Shown in pieces: positions 25,901 through 37,100 of a DNA stretch of 64,000 nt (within the stretch, counting starts at the first letter, position 1; the number at the start of each line of letters is the position of its first letter). The stretch spans positions 1 to 64,000 of IMG/VR virus record IMGVR_UViG_3300027969_000082, one strand, 5' to 3'. The notes under the pieces are model-generated. The model worked only from the letters and a program-made list of their open reading frames with translations, ran no database searches and had not been told where the DNA came from. The DNA comes from a virus. A program made the translations under genes and the position numbers.

Positions 25901-28106
25901 AACCATTACAACTAGTCCTACGAAAAAATTTACAGTAACAGATGCACCTGGTGGTGCAACCGCAGTATCATTAACTGATGATGTAGGTTCTATGAAAATG
26001 GGAGAAGTTGGATGGGATCATGTTAATCCTGGAACTGATCTAGTCCCTACATTTGATTCGACTTCGGTTTACAGTATTGAACCTAGAATTGTATACTCTA
26101 AACCATCGTTCTCAGCCGGCCCTGCTACAATTATATCACAAGCACCAGGCACATCTTATATTGCAATAGCATATGGAAACGGAAAATGGATTGCACTACC
26201 TGACGCTGGCAATGTTATTGCAATAGCATCGAGTGGAGAATTGTTCAATCAAGCATCATTACCGTCTGTAGGCTCATGGAAAGATATTACCTACGGAAAT
26301 GGTTACTGGGTAATTGTGTCATCGGGCGGCTCGGCCCCTGGATCTAAAGTACTATATTCGAACTCTAGCGGAGTTACATGGAAAACATCAAACTTACCAA
26401 CTGCTGGAAATTGGTCTAACGTTGCATACGGTAACGGAAAGTTTGTGGCTATAACTAGTGACGGCACTTCTGCAGCATATTCTACAAATTCTGGAGCTAA
26501 CTGGAACGCAGCAACTGGATTTTCAGGCGGGTTTACCTGGACTGATTTAACATACGGCGCAGGAACATATGTTGCAATTAGCACAAGCGGTTCAGGAAAA
26601 GTTGCATATTCAACCAACGGAACTTCATGGACAGTAATTAACCTGCCAACATCCGGAGCGTCAAATACATGGACCGGAGTTGCCTACGGTAACAGCAGAT
26701 TTGTAGCAATTGGGTCAACCCTTGGCAAAGCAGCATATAGCTTAGACGGTATTACGTGGGCGCTATCATTATATGAAGTGTCTGGTACACATTTAGCGTA
26801 CGGCAATGGAGTGTTTGTAACAACAGGGTACGAGCCATCAAGTGTTCCGACTAGTTTTACTTCTGAAGATGGCATTAGATGGTATAGAAAACAATCTACA
26901 AATAATCTTGCAGCCATCGCATACGGATTAACAAATACATATACCGGAATATTTTTAAGTGTAAAGGGGCAACAGTATGCAGCTACAGTCACCGCCGGTG
27001 CCCAGGCCAAGGCGCGCCCAATAATTTCTACAGAACAAATTATTGAGATAAATGAATGGGACACCGGGTCTAATTATGTATCAGCACCAACCGTATCAAT
27101 ATTTGACACTAACGCAACTATCGAAGCGTCAGTATCTCCGCTATCTGGACTCGGAGTACTATCAAATCCAACATTTATTAATAGAGGTACTGGTTATAAT
27201 ACTAACACTACTAGTATTAAAATTAATGGTGACGGCTATGCAGATAACTTTCAGACTGGACTACGTTTGATACTTAACAATTTAACTAAATTACCCGCAG
27301 CGGGAGATAATATTGCTCTCCAAGGAAATAGTACAATTTACAAAGTAACTGGTGCTGTTGCACTAGACGGTACGGTTGCACCAACAGTACTTGCAAGAGT
27401 TGATATTTCCCCAGCCATGTCTGTAGGATTATCTCCGTCTCATAGCACATCGGTTACTGTAAGATCAAAATATAGTCAAGCTCGTTTAACAAACCATGAT
27501 TTTTTAAACATTGGTTATGGAAATTTTGAAGAATCAAACTATCCAAGATTACCAACTGATACGTTATTATCACCTCAAAACGAAACCGTTGAAATCAACT
27601 ATGGTAGAGTGTTCTATAGCTCTACAGACCAGGACGGAAACTTTAGAGTAGGTGAATTATTCGCAGTTGAACAAGCAACAGGAATTGTAACACTAAGCGC
27701 AAGTCAATTTGGATTAACTGGATTAACTGAGTTACGATTAGGAGGTATTGCAGTTGGCGGAAACGCAGTTATTATTACACAATTTAGTACTGATCAAACG
27801 TTTATTGCTAATAGTAATAATATTATACCAACACAAAAGGCAATTAAAGCGTATTTAACTGCAAGGCTAAGCCAGGGCGGTGCTAACACGTTTACAGGGC
27901 AGTTGATTGCCGGTACTGTGTTAGTAGGCGGCCCTGATAGAATTGCTAGTACAATTCCTAACGGAAATGCAGGCTCAGTAGTAAGAATGCCTAGCAAAGT
28001 TGATATACACGGCTTTGAAGGCGGCGGCTGGGATGGAAACGGCATGGCTTTAATGATCTTCCAACAGAGTTTTGCCGCAGGCGGTGACCCAGAATCTAAC
28101 TGGTAA
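19983..28106 (+). CDS. Giant virion structural protein A (CBM5/12-like N-terminal repeats, beta-helix, beta-sandwich repeats, beta-propeller)
   Basis: 2707 aa; W....Y..G..V.YGG..Y repeats; RSPYIQNVSTFG...NDFTQI beta-helix; PI.FTGTTFGGI...YYI repeats; IAYGNG.FVA blades; GRVFYSSTDQDGNFRVG C-terminus. Confidence 0.8.
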   Translation: MAAEFKIGRLRYTWKGVWSTGKFFNRDAVVSNQGKTYVCLVPHTSGNFFDDLEHYDPVEGSTPYWSLMLDGTSWKGVWAPSTDYTVGNIVSYGGSLYKRTINAPSGLTFNPANWEVYVTINSSWTGDFLPSTLYKEGENAKYGGNVFKCIEDHTSAGNGVLDYTKWEIAFEGIEFKGEWVSSSRQYKPNDIVKYGPDLWICSVDHSSGLPFDSSTKWSIWLPGIEFGNTWSNTATYQPGETVLYGGYSYVSKSSNNLGNNPASDEDNWSLLTTGYDIKNDWTSGLSYKIGSVVRRNGNLYVAVQDNSAEDPTDALVTTTYNSTGSSGLTLKVASTTGIYAGMIIVGTAFKKGQYVTRVDNLTTLTISQAPYSSITNGDSLDFIGVNGDNWIPIFAGVKWKNRWNAGIAYVINDVAVWVNKTYKCIKTHISSENVRPDADIDNELWIRYLDHDRFNVLNVSGDLILNIDGVNEALTIGTEGFLLKSISGVPTWSNVFRTPNVYYVKPEGTDEITSGATWDNPYKSIKYACDQITAGTENPNAKIILESNRDFLIRELVQWQIFQISGSLAPFSSNVTLDTDKTERDASYLIDAVIYDLIRGSNSQVIAYTLAFFDKEFNYKFATNEIELQVDYFIASLNRLFSTISLVASATPISPLYQTLNNVPSLITQTFGTPGDTQTTTDIESFRTIVITALSAGNTTSIPRENQGVTSTIMVKTGTYYEELPIVIPANTALNGDELRGVVVRPKLVIDRLITRTTTGTNLLTVASTDGMYAGMRVQFDSTNSVNGINTVFGGLERGRNYYIVGAITATQFSVSLTQNGSAATLSNYVGNMYVYGGDALKDMFYCQNGTGIRNMTLTGLLGTLTAENEFLTRRPTGGAYVSLDPGVSPDDTSAWIYRRSPYIQNVSTFGQGATGLKIDGTLHNGGNKSIVCNDFTQIISDGIGIWTTGPDSLCEAVSVFAYYAYAGYFAEDGGRIRATNGNSSYGTFGVVAEGYDANETPSTGSVNNRYYEAEATPFSSLGAQAEILKLQFSHAGEHYYTETTNLLKNSNTFTGANWTTDSNVTLIQSIVSPYNVSEAWIASGTTSGTNSSYLYQNTTIAPSGKQYTAVVGANYGPGGGSAATFDITVTSTEYIVAVNNGGSGYVATNQILILGSQLGGLDNINDLLITVETLISGTSINTVSHEGTVPAGSLQPYTASIFCKKGSSNIIDVVATFSGYSSASSYISYNFNTKAVTPGNLTGGLVPTTFSATPVSNSDNWYRLSFEFYDVSGLNDALQIRLYPRGQTGNTAYTLIYGAQLQLGAGLKFYQKTNLGQYTAYANIDVIGAGTGVEVVADEVRSNGIYQTRLLEVNSVTGGNNYLLSSNNGQNGDTTSITIAASDVAGPKEYLGMRLFINSGTGAGQYGTISYFDTSTKIVSMLKESFDQITITETESSTDTFIIGDLDDINTLYVDQPIQFTPTIFTTTISRISQSSVNVILTTGGIINEITVVSTARLAVDMPITFSGVTSGGVTSNFTYYILSIIDNQKIQVATTVGGAVVLLTTGNATMQLNYPDGTSYINASTTNMDVNLPIYFTGTAISDITAGTTYYINDILSSTEFTISTDLILPSATNTTYITNVVTVDSTTGLVSLNPIKFTGTTFGGIDINTTYYINHIISAGSLTLSADITSTRASVTSSTSNLVYVQDTSGFVIGNPIVFTGTTFGGIENDKVYYILTINDVQTISITTNSSELNLSVTASSDGGASPDRLTTSSTNNMAPLNPIKFYGTTFGGILTSGTYYINRVFTDNTTTFNVSETIISNIATETVDVSNLITVASTLGFTPNNPIIFSGEVFGGLQSGYVYYVSAVNDATTFTVSALPGGAAVTLTPGTGSIRVRTTSAAVPLTTTTGSMTAITRSGGTPLPLVTGVGDCIVRTTTTSIPLVSAVGTLQGTTTSAKLTLASDGGGMKGNFGVPLIGGISQGTTYYIKTITTSPTKKFTVTDAPGGATAVSLTDDVGSMKMGEVGWDHVNPGTDLVPTFDSTSVYSIEPRIVYSKPSFSAGPATIISQAPGTSYIAIAYGNGKWIALPDAGNVIAIASSGELFNQASLPSVGSWKDITYGNGYWVIVSSGGSAPGSKVLYSNSSGVTWKTSNLPTAGNWSNVAYGNGKFVAITSDGTSAAYSTNSGANWNAATGFSGGFTWTDLTYGAGTYVAISTSGSGKVAYSTNGTSWTVINLPTSGASNTWTGVAYGNSRFVAIGSTLGKAAYSLDGITWALSLYEVSGTHLAYGNGVFVTTGYEPSSVPTSFTSEDGIRWYRKQSTNNLAAIAYGLTNTYTGIFLSVKGQQYAATVTAGAQAKARPIISTEQIIEINEWDTGSNYVSAPTVSIFDTNATIEASVSPLSGLGVLSNPTFINRGTGYNTNTTSIKINGDGYADNFQTGLRLILNNLTKLPAAGDNIALQGNSTIYKVTGAVALDGTVAPTVLARVDISPAMSVGLSPSHSTSVTVRSKYSQARLTNHDFLNIGYGNFEESNYPRLPTDTLLSPQNETVEINYGRVFYSSTDQDGNFRVGELFAVEQATGIVTLSASQFGLTGLTELRLGGIAVGGNAVIITQFSTDQTFIANSNNIIPTQKAIKAYLTARLSQGGANTFTGQLIAGTVLVGGPDRIASTIPNGNAGSVVRMPSKVDIHGFEGGGWDGNGMALMIFQQSFAAGGDPESNW

Positions 28107-28129
28107 AAGTAATAGATAATGATATACGA

Positions 28130-28135
28130 TAAATA
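28130..28135 (+). promoter_or_regulatory. Late promoter core TAAATA
   Basis: GATAAATA upstream of RBS AAGGA and ATG 28158. Confidence 0.65.
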
Positions 28136-28157
28136 TAATATCAAAGGATGAAAGCAA

Positions 28158-31100
28158 ATGGCTGAATTTAAATTAGGTAGAATTAGATTTGTATGGAAGG
28201 GAACTTGGACACCAAGTACCTCGTACTTAATTGACGACGTCGTAAGTAATGGCGGAAAAAGTTATATATGTGTAGTAAACCATACAGCAGCTAGCCTATT
28301 CAATACTGACCTAGATTTTGTACCTTCAAAGTGGAACATTGTATCAGACGGTACTCAGTGGTTAGGTGATTGGGAACCTGAAACATATTATAATCCTGGC
28401 GCTTCGGTCAAGTACGGCGGCCTAGTTTATATTTGTAAAACAGGACACACTTCAGCTACGTATGAGGTTCCAGACTTTTTAGGCTTAGAAGACGACTTAG
28501 GAAACTGGGAATTATTTGCAGAAAGTTTTGACTGGAAGGGTCCATGGAACACTGCTACTAGATACAGAATTAATGATTTTGTATCTTACGGATCAACAGT
28601 ATATGTTTGTACAACAGGACATCTTAGCGATGCATCAACTGTTACATTACCAGCATCTGCATTTACAGTTAGTGCAGGTACTGCAACCCTTACCTACGCA
28701 CCACAAAATGTTGCCCCGTATGCAGTTGGCTCAACCGTAACACTTGCGGGATTTACACCAACTCAAACTAGCGGAGTAGTTAACACAGTCAACGCATCAT
28801 TTACAGTAATAACTTGCACAGCAACACAGTTGACATTTGCATTAACTGGAACGTATGCTAGTTCTGTTCTTGGAACAGTAACTGGTACAAGCCAATTAGG
28901 ATTAGAGACAGACTCGTCAAATTGGGATATATTTAATCAGGGTGTCATTTACTTAGGTGACTGGAGTGGATCCGCAGTTCGATATAAAGCAAATGATGTG
29001 GTAAAATTTGGAGCTAATCTTTGGATATGTACAGATTACCATACCTCAAGTGCGTCGTTTGATCAAACAAAATGGGATATTTTTGTTGAAGGTTTTGAGT
29101 TTGAAAACTCATGGAATAACTCTACTAATTATCAACCAGGTGATGTTGTTACATACGGTGGTTATTCTTATATTGCAAAAACAATTAACGTAAACAAACA
29201 GCCAACAACAAATGCAGCTGACTGGGGTGTATTTACTACCGGGTTTAATTTTGTTGGCGAATATAATTCACTAACAAATTATAAAGTAGGGGATGTAGTG
29301 CGAAACGGCGGCTACACATACGTAGCAGTTCTAGACAGCGTAGGTCAATTAGTATCTAGCGGAACTTATTGGTCACTACTGAACAGCGGATTTAGATGGA
29401 CTAACACTCCGCAAACATACACAGAAGTTGCATCTGTTACTACAATAGGAACTGGTGCAGGTGCAAAATTTAATGTTATTAGATCTGGAACAGTATATAC
29501 AGTATCTGTTGCAGGCGGATTTGCAGGTAGTGGATATTTTGCTAACGATCAAGTAAAAATATTAGGCACCGTCGTTGGCGGCATTTCACCAGCAAATGAC
29601 ATTACTATTAATATATTAACAGTTTCAGCCGGAGGCGTTGCTACCATTAATTGGAGCGGTGGTTCATCTACATGGACAACAGCTACAGCATATGTATTAG
29701 GAGATACTGTTTACTTCGGCGCCAATAGTTATGTATGTGTAGCAAACCATACTGCGTCTACCCCTAGCAGACCAGATAATGATACTACGGGCGCATACTG
29801 GAATTTATTAGCAGCTGGTTCTGAATATAATATCCTAACCACAACTGGTGACATGGTATATTATGGAACTAACGGCCCTACTAGATTGCCAGTAGGATTT
29901 GACGGTCAAGTTTTACGTAGCCAAAATGGATTTCCAATTTGGGCCAACTACGGATTAATTAACAATTTAGTGTATGTTGGTCCTCTAGGTAAAGATATTG
30001 CGTACCCTGATGCCGGCGCAACAATTGACCAGCCATGGAAAACCGTAAGATTTGCTACTAAGCAAATTGAAGAAGGGTACTTAACTCCTAACGCTAAAAC
30101 AATTTTAGCTAAGAACAAACAGTTTATAATGAAAGAAATTACCAATTGGGTAATTTATACATATACTGTAGATATCACAGCAGCAGATGATGCTAGTGAT
30201 AGGTTTACCTGCAATGATACAAGTAATTTAATATTGAATATGCCAATCGAATTTACTAGTACATTAGGGGGTGTAACAGCTGGTCAAAAATATTTTGTAA
30301 AATCAATAGTCGGATCAGAATTTAGTATTTCAGAAGCTTCTGGCGGTGCAACTAAACAATTAACAGCCGGCACTGGATCAATGACTGGAACATTGTCCTA
30401 CGATCATGATTTCTGTGAAAGAGATGTAGGCTTAATTGTAGAAGCAGTTAAGTATGACGTTTCACATGGTGGAAATATGAAAACTACTGCCGCTGCAAAA
30501 GCGTACTTTACTGCTGCAGGTAATACATATATTAATAGCAATTTTGGCGCACAAAAAACACAAACAGTTGCAGCATATACCTATCTTGCAGAACTATTTG
30601 ACAATGTGTTAAATAATGCCCCATTTAGGAATTATCAAGTTTTTAATGGAATTACAAACGGTGTTACACAAATTGTAGACACCAGCTTAACTGTTGAATC
30701 TGGAGTTGTAGATAGAGTATATGAGTTAATTAGTATCATTACCGATGCTATCACAATTGGATCAGCGACTGCTATCCCTCCGTCAATTAATCCCGCAACT
30801 ACTATTAGTGTTAAAACAGGAACATATGATGAAGTATTGCCGATGGTTATACCAGAGTATACTGCCATTGTAGGCGATGAACTACGTAGTACAATTATTC
30901 AACCAGCACCTGCAAACGGATTATTAGTAAACGATAAAGAAAAAACAACAACTGCACTGAATAGAATTAATTCTATTGCAAGCAATCTAATACAAAATAT
31001 TACAGTTAGCCCAACTAGTGGTAATACAGAAGTACAACAATATGTTACAGGATTCAAAGGCGACCCAACTTTAACTACAGCAGTTGATGACAGAGCAACT

Positions 31101-34100
31101 GATATAAGTGATATATTAGCTGGCGGCCTTAGCAGCATTCCTGCTCTAATTATTCCAGATCCAGTTGGATACGATTCTGCATATGCTGATGCTAGAGACA
31201 TGCTTGTATCTAACAAAGCATTTTTACAACAAGAAGTTAGTGCATGGATTGCTTCTCGTATAGCAGGTAACTTTGCTCCTTTTGTTGGATTTGTCTACAG
31301 TGGTACAGGGCAAACAAAATGCGAACGCGATGTAGGTTACATTGTTGATGCACTACGTTATGACTTAACATATGGCGGCAATCTTGAGACATTAGTTGCA
31401 GCTCGTTCTTTCTATTCATTTGGTACATTTGTAGAAACTGGGGAAAAAGATCAAGCACTTGCAGTATATGAATACTTAAAGTCTATTATTGGTTATATTG
31501 CCGAAGGCGATAATGGTTCGTGGATTAAAACACCAAGTAATCCGCTAAATCAAGACGATTCGTTAAACCCTGGTTCTGCAGCAGCAGGCATTTTCTTAGA
31601 AGAAAGACTACAAGAAATTATTGATACAATTGATACAGGTACAGTACCTGACGCAATTGAACCAAGTACATCGTGGGTAGACAGTGACAATGTTGCAGCA
31701 AAGGCAGCAATGCAAACTCTTAAAGCCGGCATACAAGCTGGAGCAATTGAGTATATTAGTACTTCATACCCGTCTCTTGTATATGATACTGATGTTTGCT
31801 ATAGAGACGTAGGGTACATTGTTGATGCTATCTCTTATGACATTATGTTCGGTGGTAACTTCCGCTCTATTAAAGCAGGTATGTCGTACTATAGAGGTAC
31901 ATCATCGACCCAAACCGTAATTACAAGCCAGCTTGCACAAACAGAAGCAACAATTACATATATAAACACTGCTTTACAACAAATTACAGCAGGTTATACA
32001 GGGTCAGTTGGAAGCACAACAGCAGTTTCTAGAGTTGAGACTAGCGCAAATGTTATGTGGGATATTGTAGCAAGTGGACTTGGAGCAGTACCAACACTAG
32101 TATTGCCAAATCCTACCGGGTACGGATCATCCTTAACACATACTGCATATGCAGTAACTGGTAACACTTCTGGCGCAACTACAACGTATGATTATGCTAG
32201 AACACAAATTGTTCAAAACTATGCGTTCATGAGGGCTGAAATTGCACAATATCTAAATGTGAACTATAATGCCGTATGGGTTGCGTTAGGAGCCACCGGC
32301 CAAGCTGGGTGTGCAAGGGATATCGGTTATATCTTAGATGGTATTCGTTACGATATTACTTACGGTGGAAACACACAAAGTTTAATTACAGGAAGTGCAT
32401 ATTATTCTAACTACTCACTAACTATTCAAACAGGCGAACTTACTGCAACTATCGCAGCATATACTAGACTAAAGACTATTATTGGACAAATTGCTACAAA
32501 GACTAGCGTAACAGTTACCCCTGGAAACGTAACACCACAGATAACAGCTGGTAGTGCAGGTAATGCATATAGCGCACTGTTTGCACAAAATAGAGTGCAA
32601 GATATTATTGATTGGATTTCTAATGGCACTGCAAATTCAACAGTAAAGCCTGCGTTAACATGGGCTAGCTCAGATTTACAATCTGCATATGCAGCATTAC
32701 AAGATAGAAAAACAGAAATTCAATCTGATGTTGTATGGTGGGTTTACAAAAATCATCAAGATTTAAACTTTAACGAAGACACATGCTCTAGAGACTCAGG
32801 CTACTTAATTGACGCACTAAGCTATGACGTTATTACTGGTAGTAATTTTGCTGCAATTACGTCAGGGCGAGCATACCTTAGAGGAACTACCTCAGCTCAA
32901 CTAGTTGCAACAAGTCAACGAAAAGCAGAGCTTGGATCTATTAATTTCTTAAAGTATAAAGCTAAACACATTGCCGCAGTTGGTGCTGTTGCACAAATAG
33001 ATGCATTGATTACAGACATTACCGGTTACATTAATGGCGGATCAATCCCTAGAATACAGTGGACTAATCCATCTACTATTGCTAGTGGATATGCAGCAGC
33101 AAATGTATTGTTAATAGATAATACAGAATTTATCAAAGCAGAAATTGCAGCATGGATCACAGTTCAAATTGGTCTAAGTACGTCTGGATTTGTAGGGCTA
33201 GTATTTGACAGCGAAGCTTGCCAACGCGATGTTGGCTACATTGTTGAAGCATTACGTTACGACTTAACTTATGGTTACGGCATCGGCGGCACTGGAAATC
33301 TTGCAACACGTATTGCAGGACTTGCCTACTATTCAGCATTAACGAGTGTACTACAAATTGACTCGGGCGATAAGACTGCTACACTTGCTGCATACGCAAG
33401 ATTAAAAGCTGTAGCCCAAGATGTTATCAAAGATGTTGCAGTTACTCCGTCTGCAGGCAATACAGTAACACAAGTTAGAGCAGTTACCGGACAAACAGCA
33501 GGTACTTCTACAGAAGCTACTAGCTTAGGTACTCTAGTAGATGTTATTACAACTACAATTAATAATTTAGGTAGTGCTCCAGCATTGGTAGCTCCTGGCA
33601 CAGGCTGGGTCACTACTGCATATGTTACTGAAAATAATTCGTTGCAAACAAATAAAGCAACTATTAAAGCCCAAGTAACAACGTTTATTACAGAAAATTA
33701 TCCAAATTTAAATTACAATTCTGCAACTTGTGAAAGAGATGTAGGGTACATTATTGACTATGTTGGATACGACATGTTATTTGACAGTAATTATCTAACA
33801 ATTACTTCTGCTAGAAGTTACTACCGAGCACAAGCTTCATTAGTAATTGGTGAACAACGAGATGCTACTATTGCATCATTTAGATATTTAAAAACTCTAA
33901 TGCTAGCAATTGTAGAAGGTAATGCAACGGTTAGACGCAGAGTCAAAATATTAATGGATATCATTATTAACACAATGATAAATGGTATTGGTTCAACTCC
34001 GGAAGTAACCGGAACAATAACTTACAAAAATGATGTTGGCCTATATAAAGGTGCTGAAGTTCTAAGGGCAAATAAAAACTTCTTAGCAGCAGAAGCAACA

Positions 34101-37100
34101 GCGTGGATTACTCAAAGTTATGGCGGTACAGTGACATCAGTTACTGCATCTACTGATAGATTCACTACTAGCTCTGCACACAATTTAACAGCAGGCGATC
34201 CGGTTATATTTTCTGGAACACTTATTTCAGGCAGCGGCATTGTAGCTAGTACCGTATATTATGTACTAGCTACCCCAACTACTACAACATTTACTATTAC
34301 AGATTCAGCAATTGAAACAACTGCACATAATGTAACAGCAGATGCGTCTGGCAGCATGACTGTACGTTATGCGTTCGATGATACTTCTTGCAAGCGCGAT
34401 ATGAAAGAATATATTGAAGCTATGATTTATGATTTAAGCTACACTGGTAACTACAAATCATTGAGAGCAGCTGAATTATATATTAATGCAGTACGTGGGT
34501 CTAAGCAACAAAATATGTTCTATGTTAGTAACGCTACCGGTTTACGTAATTGTACGTTAAACGGATTAAACGGAACACTAAGTGAAGAAAATGATTACGG
34601 AACTAAACGCCCAACTGCTGGCGCATATGTTAGTTTAAATCCAGGATTTGGGCCAAACGATTCAAGCGTATGGGTTAATACACGCTCGCACTACTCGCAA
34701 AACGTATCATTATTTGGAACAGGTTGTACAGGAGCCAAGATTGACGGAGCATTGCATGCCGGCGGTAATCGCTCAATGGTTAAGAATGACTTTACTACTA
34801 TTATGAGTGATGGTTTTGGTGTTTGGTGTACTGGTGCTAACTCACTAACAGAACTTGTTTCAGTGTTTAACTACTACGGCTACGCAGGCTACATGGCAGA
34901 ATTAGGCGGACGTATTCGTGCAACAAACGGTAACAGCTCATATGGTACATATGGTGTTATTGCCGAAGGTACTGATACGTACGAACAACCAATTTATGCA
35001 GTTGTAGATAATCATGCTCAACAATCGGTAGTTACTGATACTATTACAGATTCAGCAAATACTATCTACAGAATTGAATTTTCAAATGCTGGTACAAATT
35101 ATACAAACGTAGACATTGGAATCAGCGGTGATGGTGTTAATGCTACTACTATCGGGGACGAGTTCCGTGATGGTGGAGTATTTGAAACTCGATTAATTGA
35201 CCTAGACGACGGCAACGGGTACGGCGGCACAAACTATGCAAATGCTATTAATGCAGCGCAGGGCGGCGATGTTGGTTATATTACTATTGCAGCTACTGAC
35301 ATCGCTCTAAGCACTGCGTATGTTGGAATGCGTATTCAAATTAGTGCAGGCACTGGAGTAGGACAATATGCAAATATTCTAACGTATAATAGCGGTACTA
35401 AAATTGCCACTATTTACAAAGATAGTTTTACAGCATTAACAGTATCAACAACTACAGATACCGGCGACTTTGTCAACGTTGCGTCAAATGCAACATTGTA
35501 TGCTGACATGCCAATCTACTTTGTTGGAACAACATTTGGTAGCATTACTGCTAACACATTGTACTATGTCAAAGCATTAACCGGAACTACTCAATTTACT
35601 GTATATCAAAATACAACTACAAAAGCACAGATTAATGTAACAGGTGGCAGCGGAACAATGTCTATCTATGCTGCTGGATGGGATCACGCAGTTCCTGGAA
35701 CTACGTTAGTTAACAGTTTGGATTTATCTTCAAGCTATAAACTTGAACCAAGAATTAGCTATACTGCTCCTGGATATACAGCAACAGCAAGATCTATTCA
35801 AGCAGTTGCTTTCTCAGCAGCAACATTTGGTAATAACAGATATATTGCAATTCCTACAAGCGGAACAAGTACATCTTACAGTTTAGATGGAAAAACTTGG
35901 ACTGCTGGCGGAGTACTAAGTGCAAGCGCAAGCTGGGTTGACACAACATATGGCGGCGGACAAGGTGCAGTTGCAACTGCACTAGTAGGCGGCCTTGGCG
36001 GCTCCGGTGCAGTATTACAGGCAGTTATGGGAGTTGTTAACAGTATTGGCGCTCCTGGAATTGACCAAATTGTTAGTGTTACTATTATTGATGGCGGTTA
36101 CAACTATACAACACCTCCAACAATTGTGTTTACACCAGTTACAGGCGGCGCTGGCGCTGTAGCGTCCTGTACTGTACTAAACGGAAAAATTGACAGTATA
36201 ACTGTTGAGATTAACGGCTCTGGATACAATGCCAAACCAACAGTGTCAGCTGCAACAGACAGAGTAACAAAACTTACTGTGTCAACTTGGGGGAGAGGAT
36301 ATACTTCAGCTCCAACAGTTACAGTTAGCCCTCCAGTGAGCGCAACAGTGTGGAGCTCTTTAGGTAGCGCAACACAAGGAACTTATTACTCATATGTAAA
36401 CACTGGTGTTATTCCGAGCGAAACTAATTACTATCTAGCAGGAGCAACCGGAACATTTAGTTCAACTGCTCCAACTTTTACTAGTGGAACTGGCAGCTCA
36501 GGTACATACGGAGTAGGCTTAACATATGTTGGATCTTTAGCAACAGGTACTGCTGTATTGAATAACACTGGTGTAGGATCTATTACTATAGGCGCAACAG
36601 GCGGGCGTGGCTATACTAGCAATCCAACTGTGTCTATAGTTGATACTACTGCAAAATATGTTGCTATTGCAAGTGGTGCAATAGGAACTTCCTACTTGCC
36701 AACAAGTGCTGCGGCTAACGCAGCATGGTCTACAGGAGGAAATCTTCAAGCTGGATTTACCGATGCTGCCGCAATAACATATGGTGGAGGCTTATTTGTT
36801 GCAGTTGGAGGTACTAACAAAGGCGCATCTGCACCGTTAAGTGCAGTAGGCACTACCTGGACTGCTAGAACATTGCCAACAACTAGCGGAACTTATTCTG
36901 CAATTACTTATGGCAACGGAACATTTGTTGCAATAACAACAGGGGCTCAACTAACTGCCTATAGTACAAACGCTACAACGTGGACACAAGGCGGAAACCT
37001 ACCAACTTCTACCACATGGAGTAGTATTGCATATGGTAACGGACGATTTGTTGCTATTGCTACTGGCACACGGAGTGTTGCTATTAGTTTAGACAAAGGT

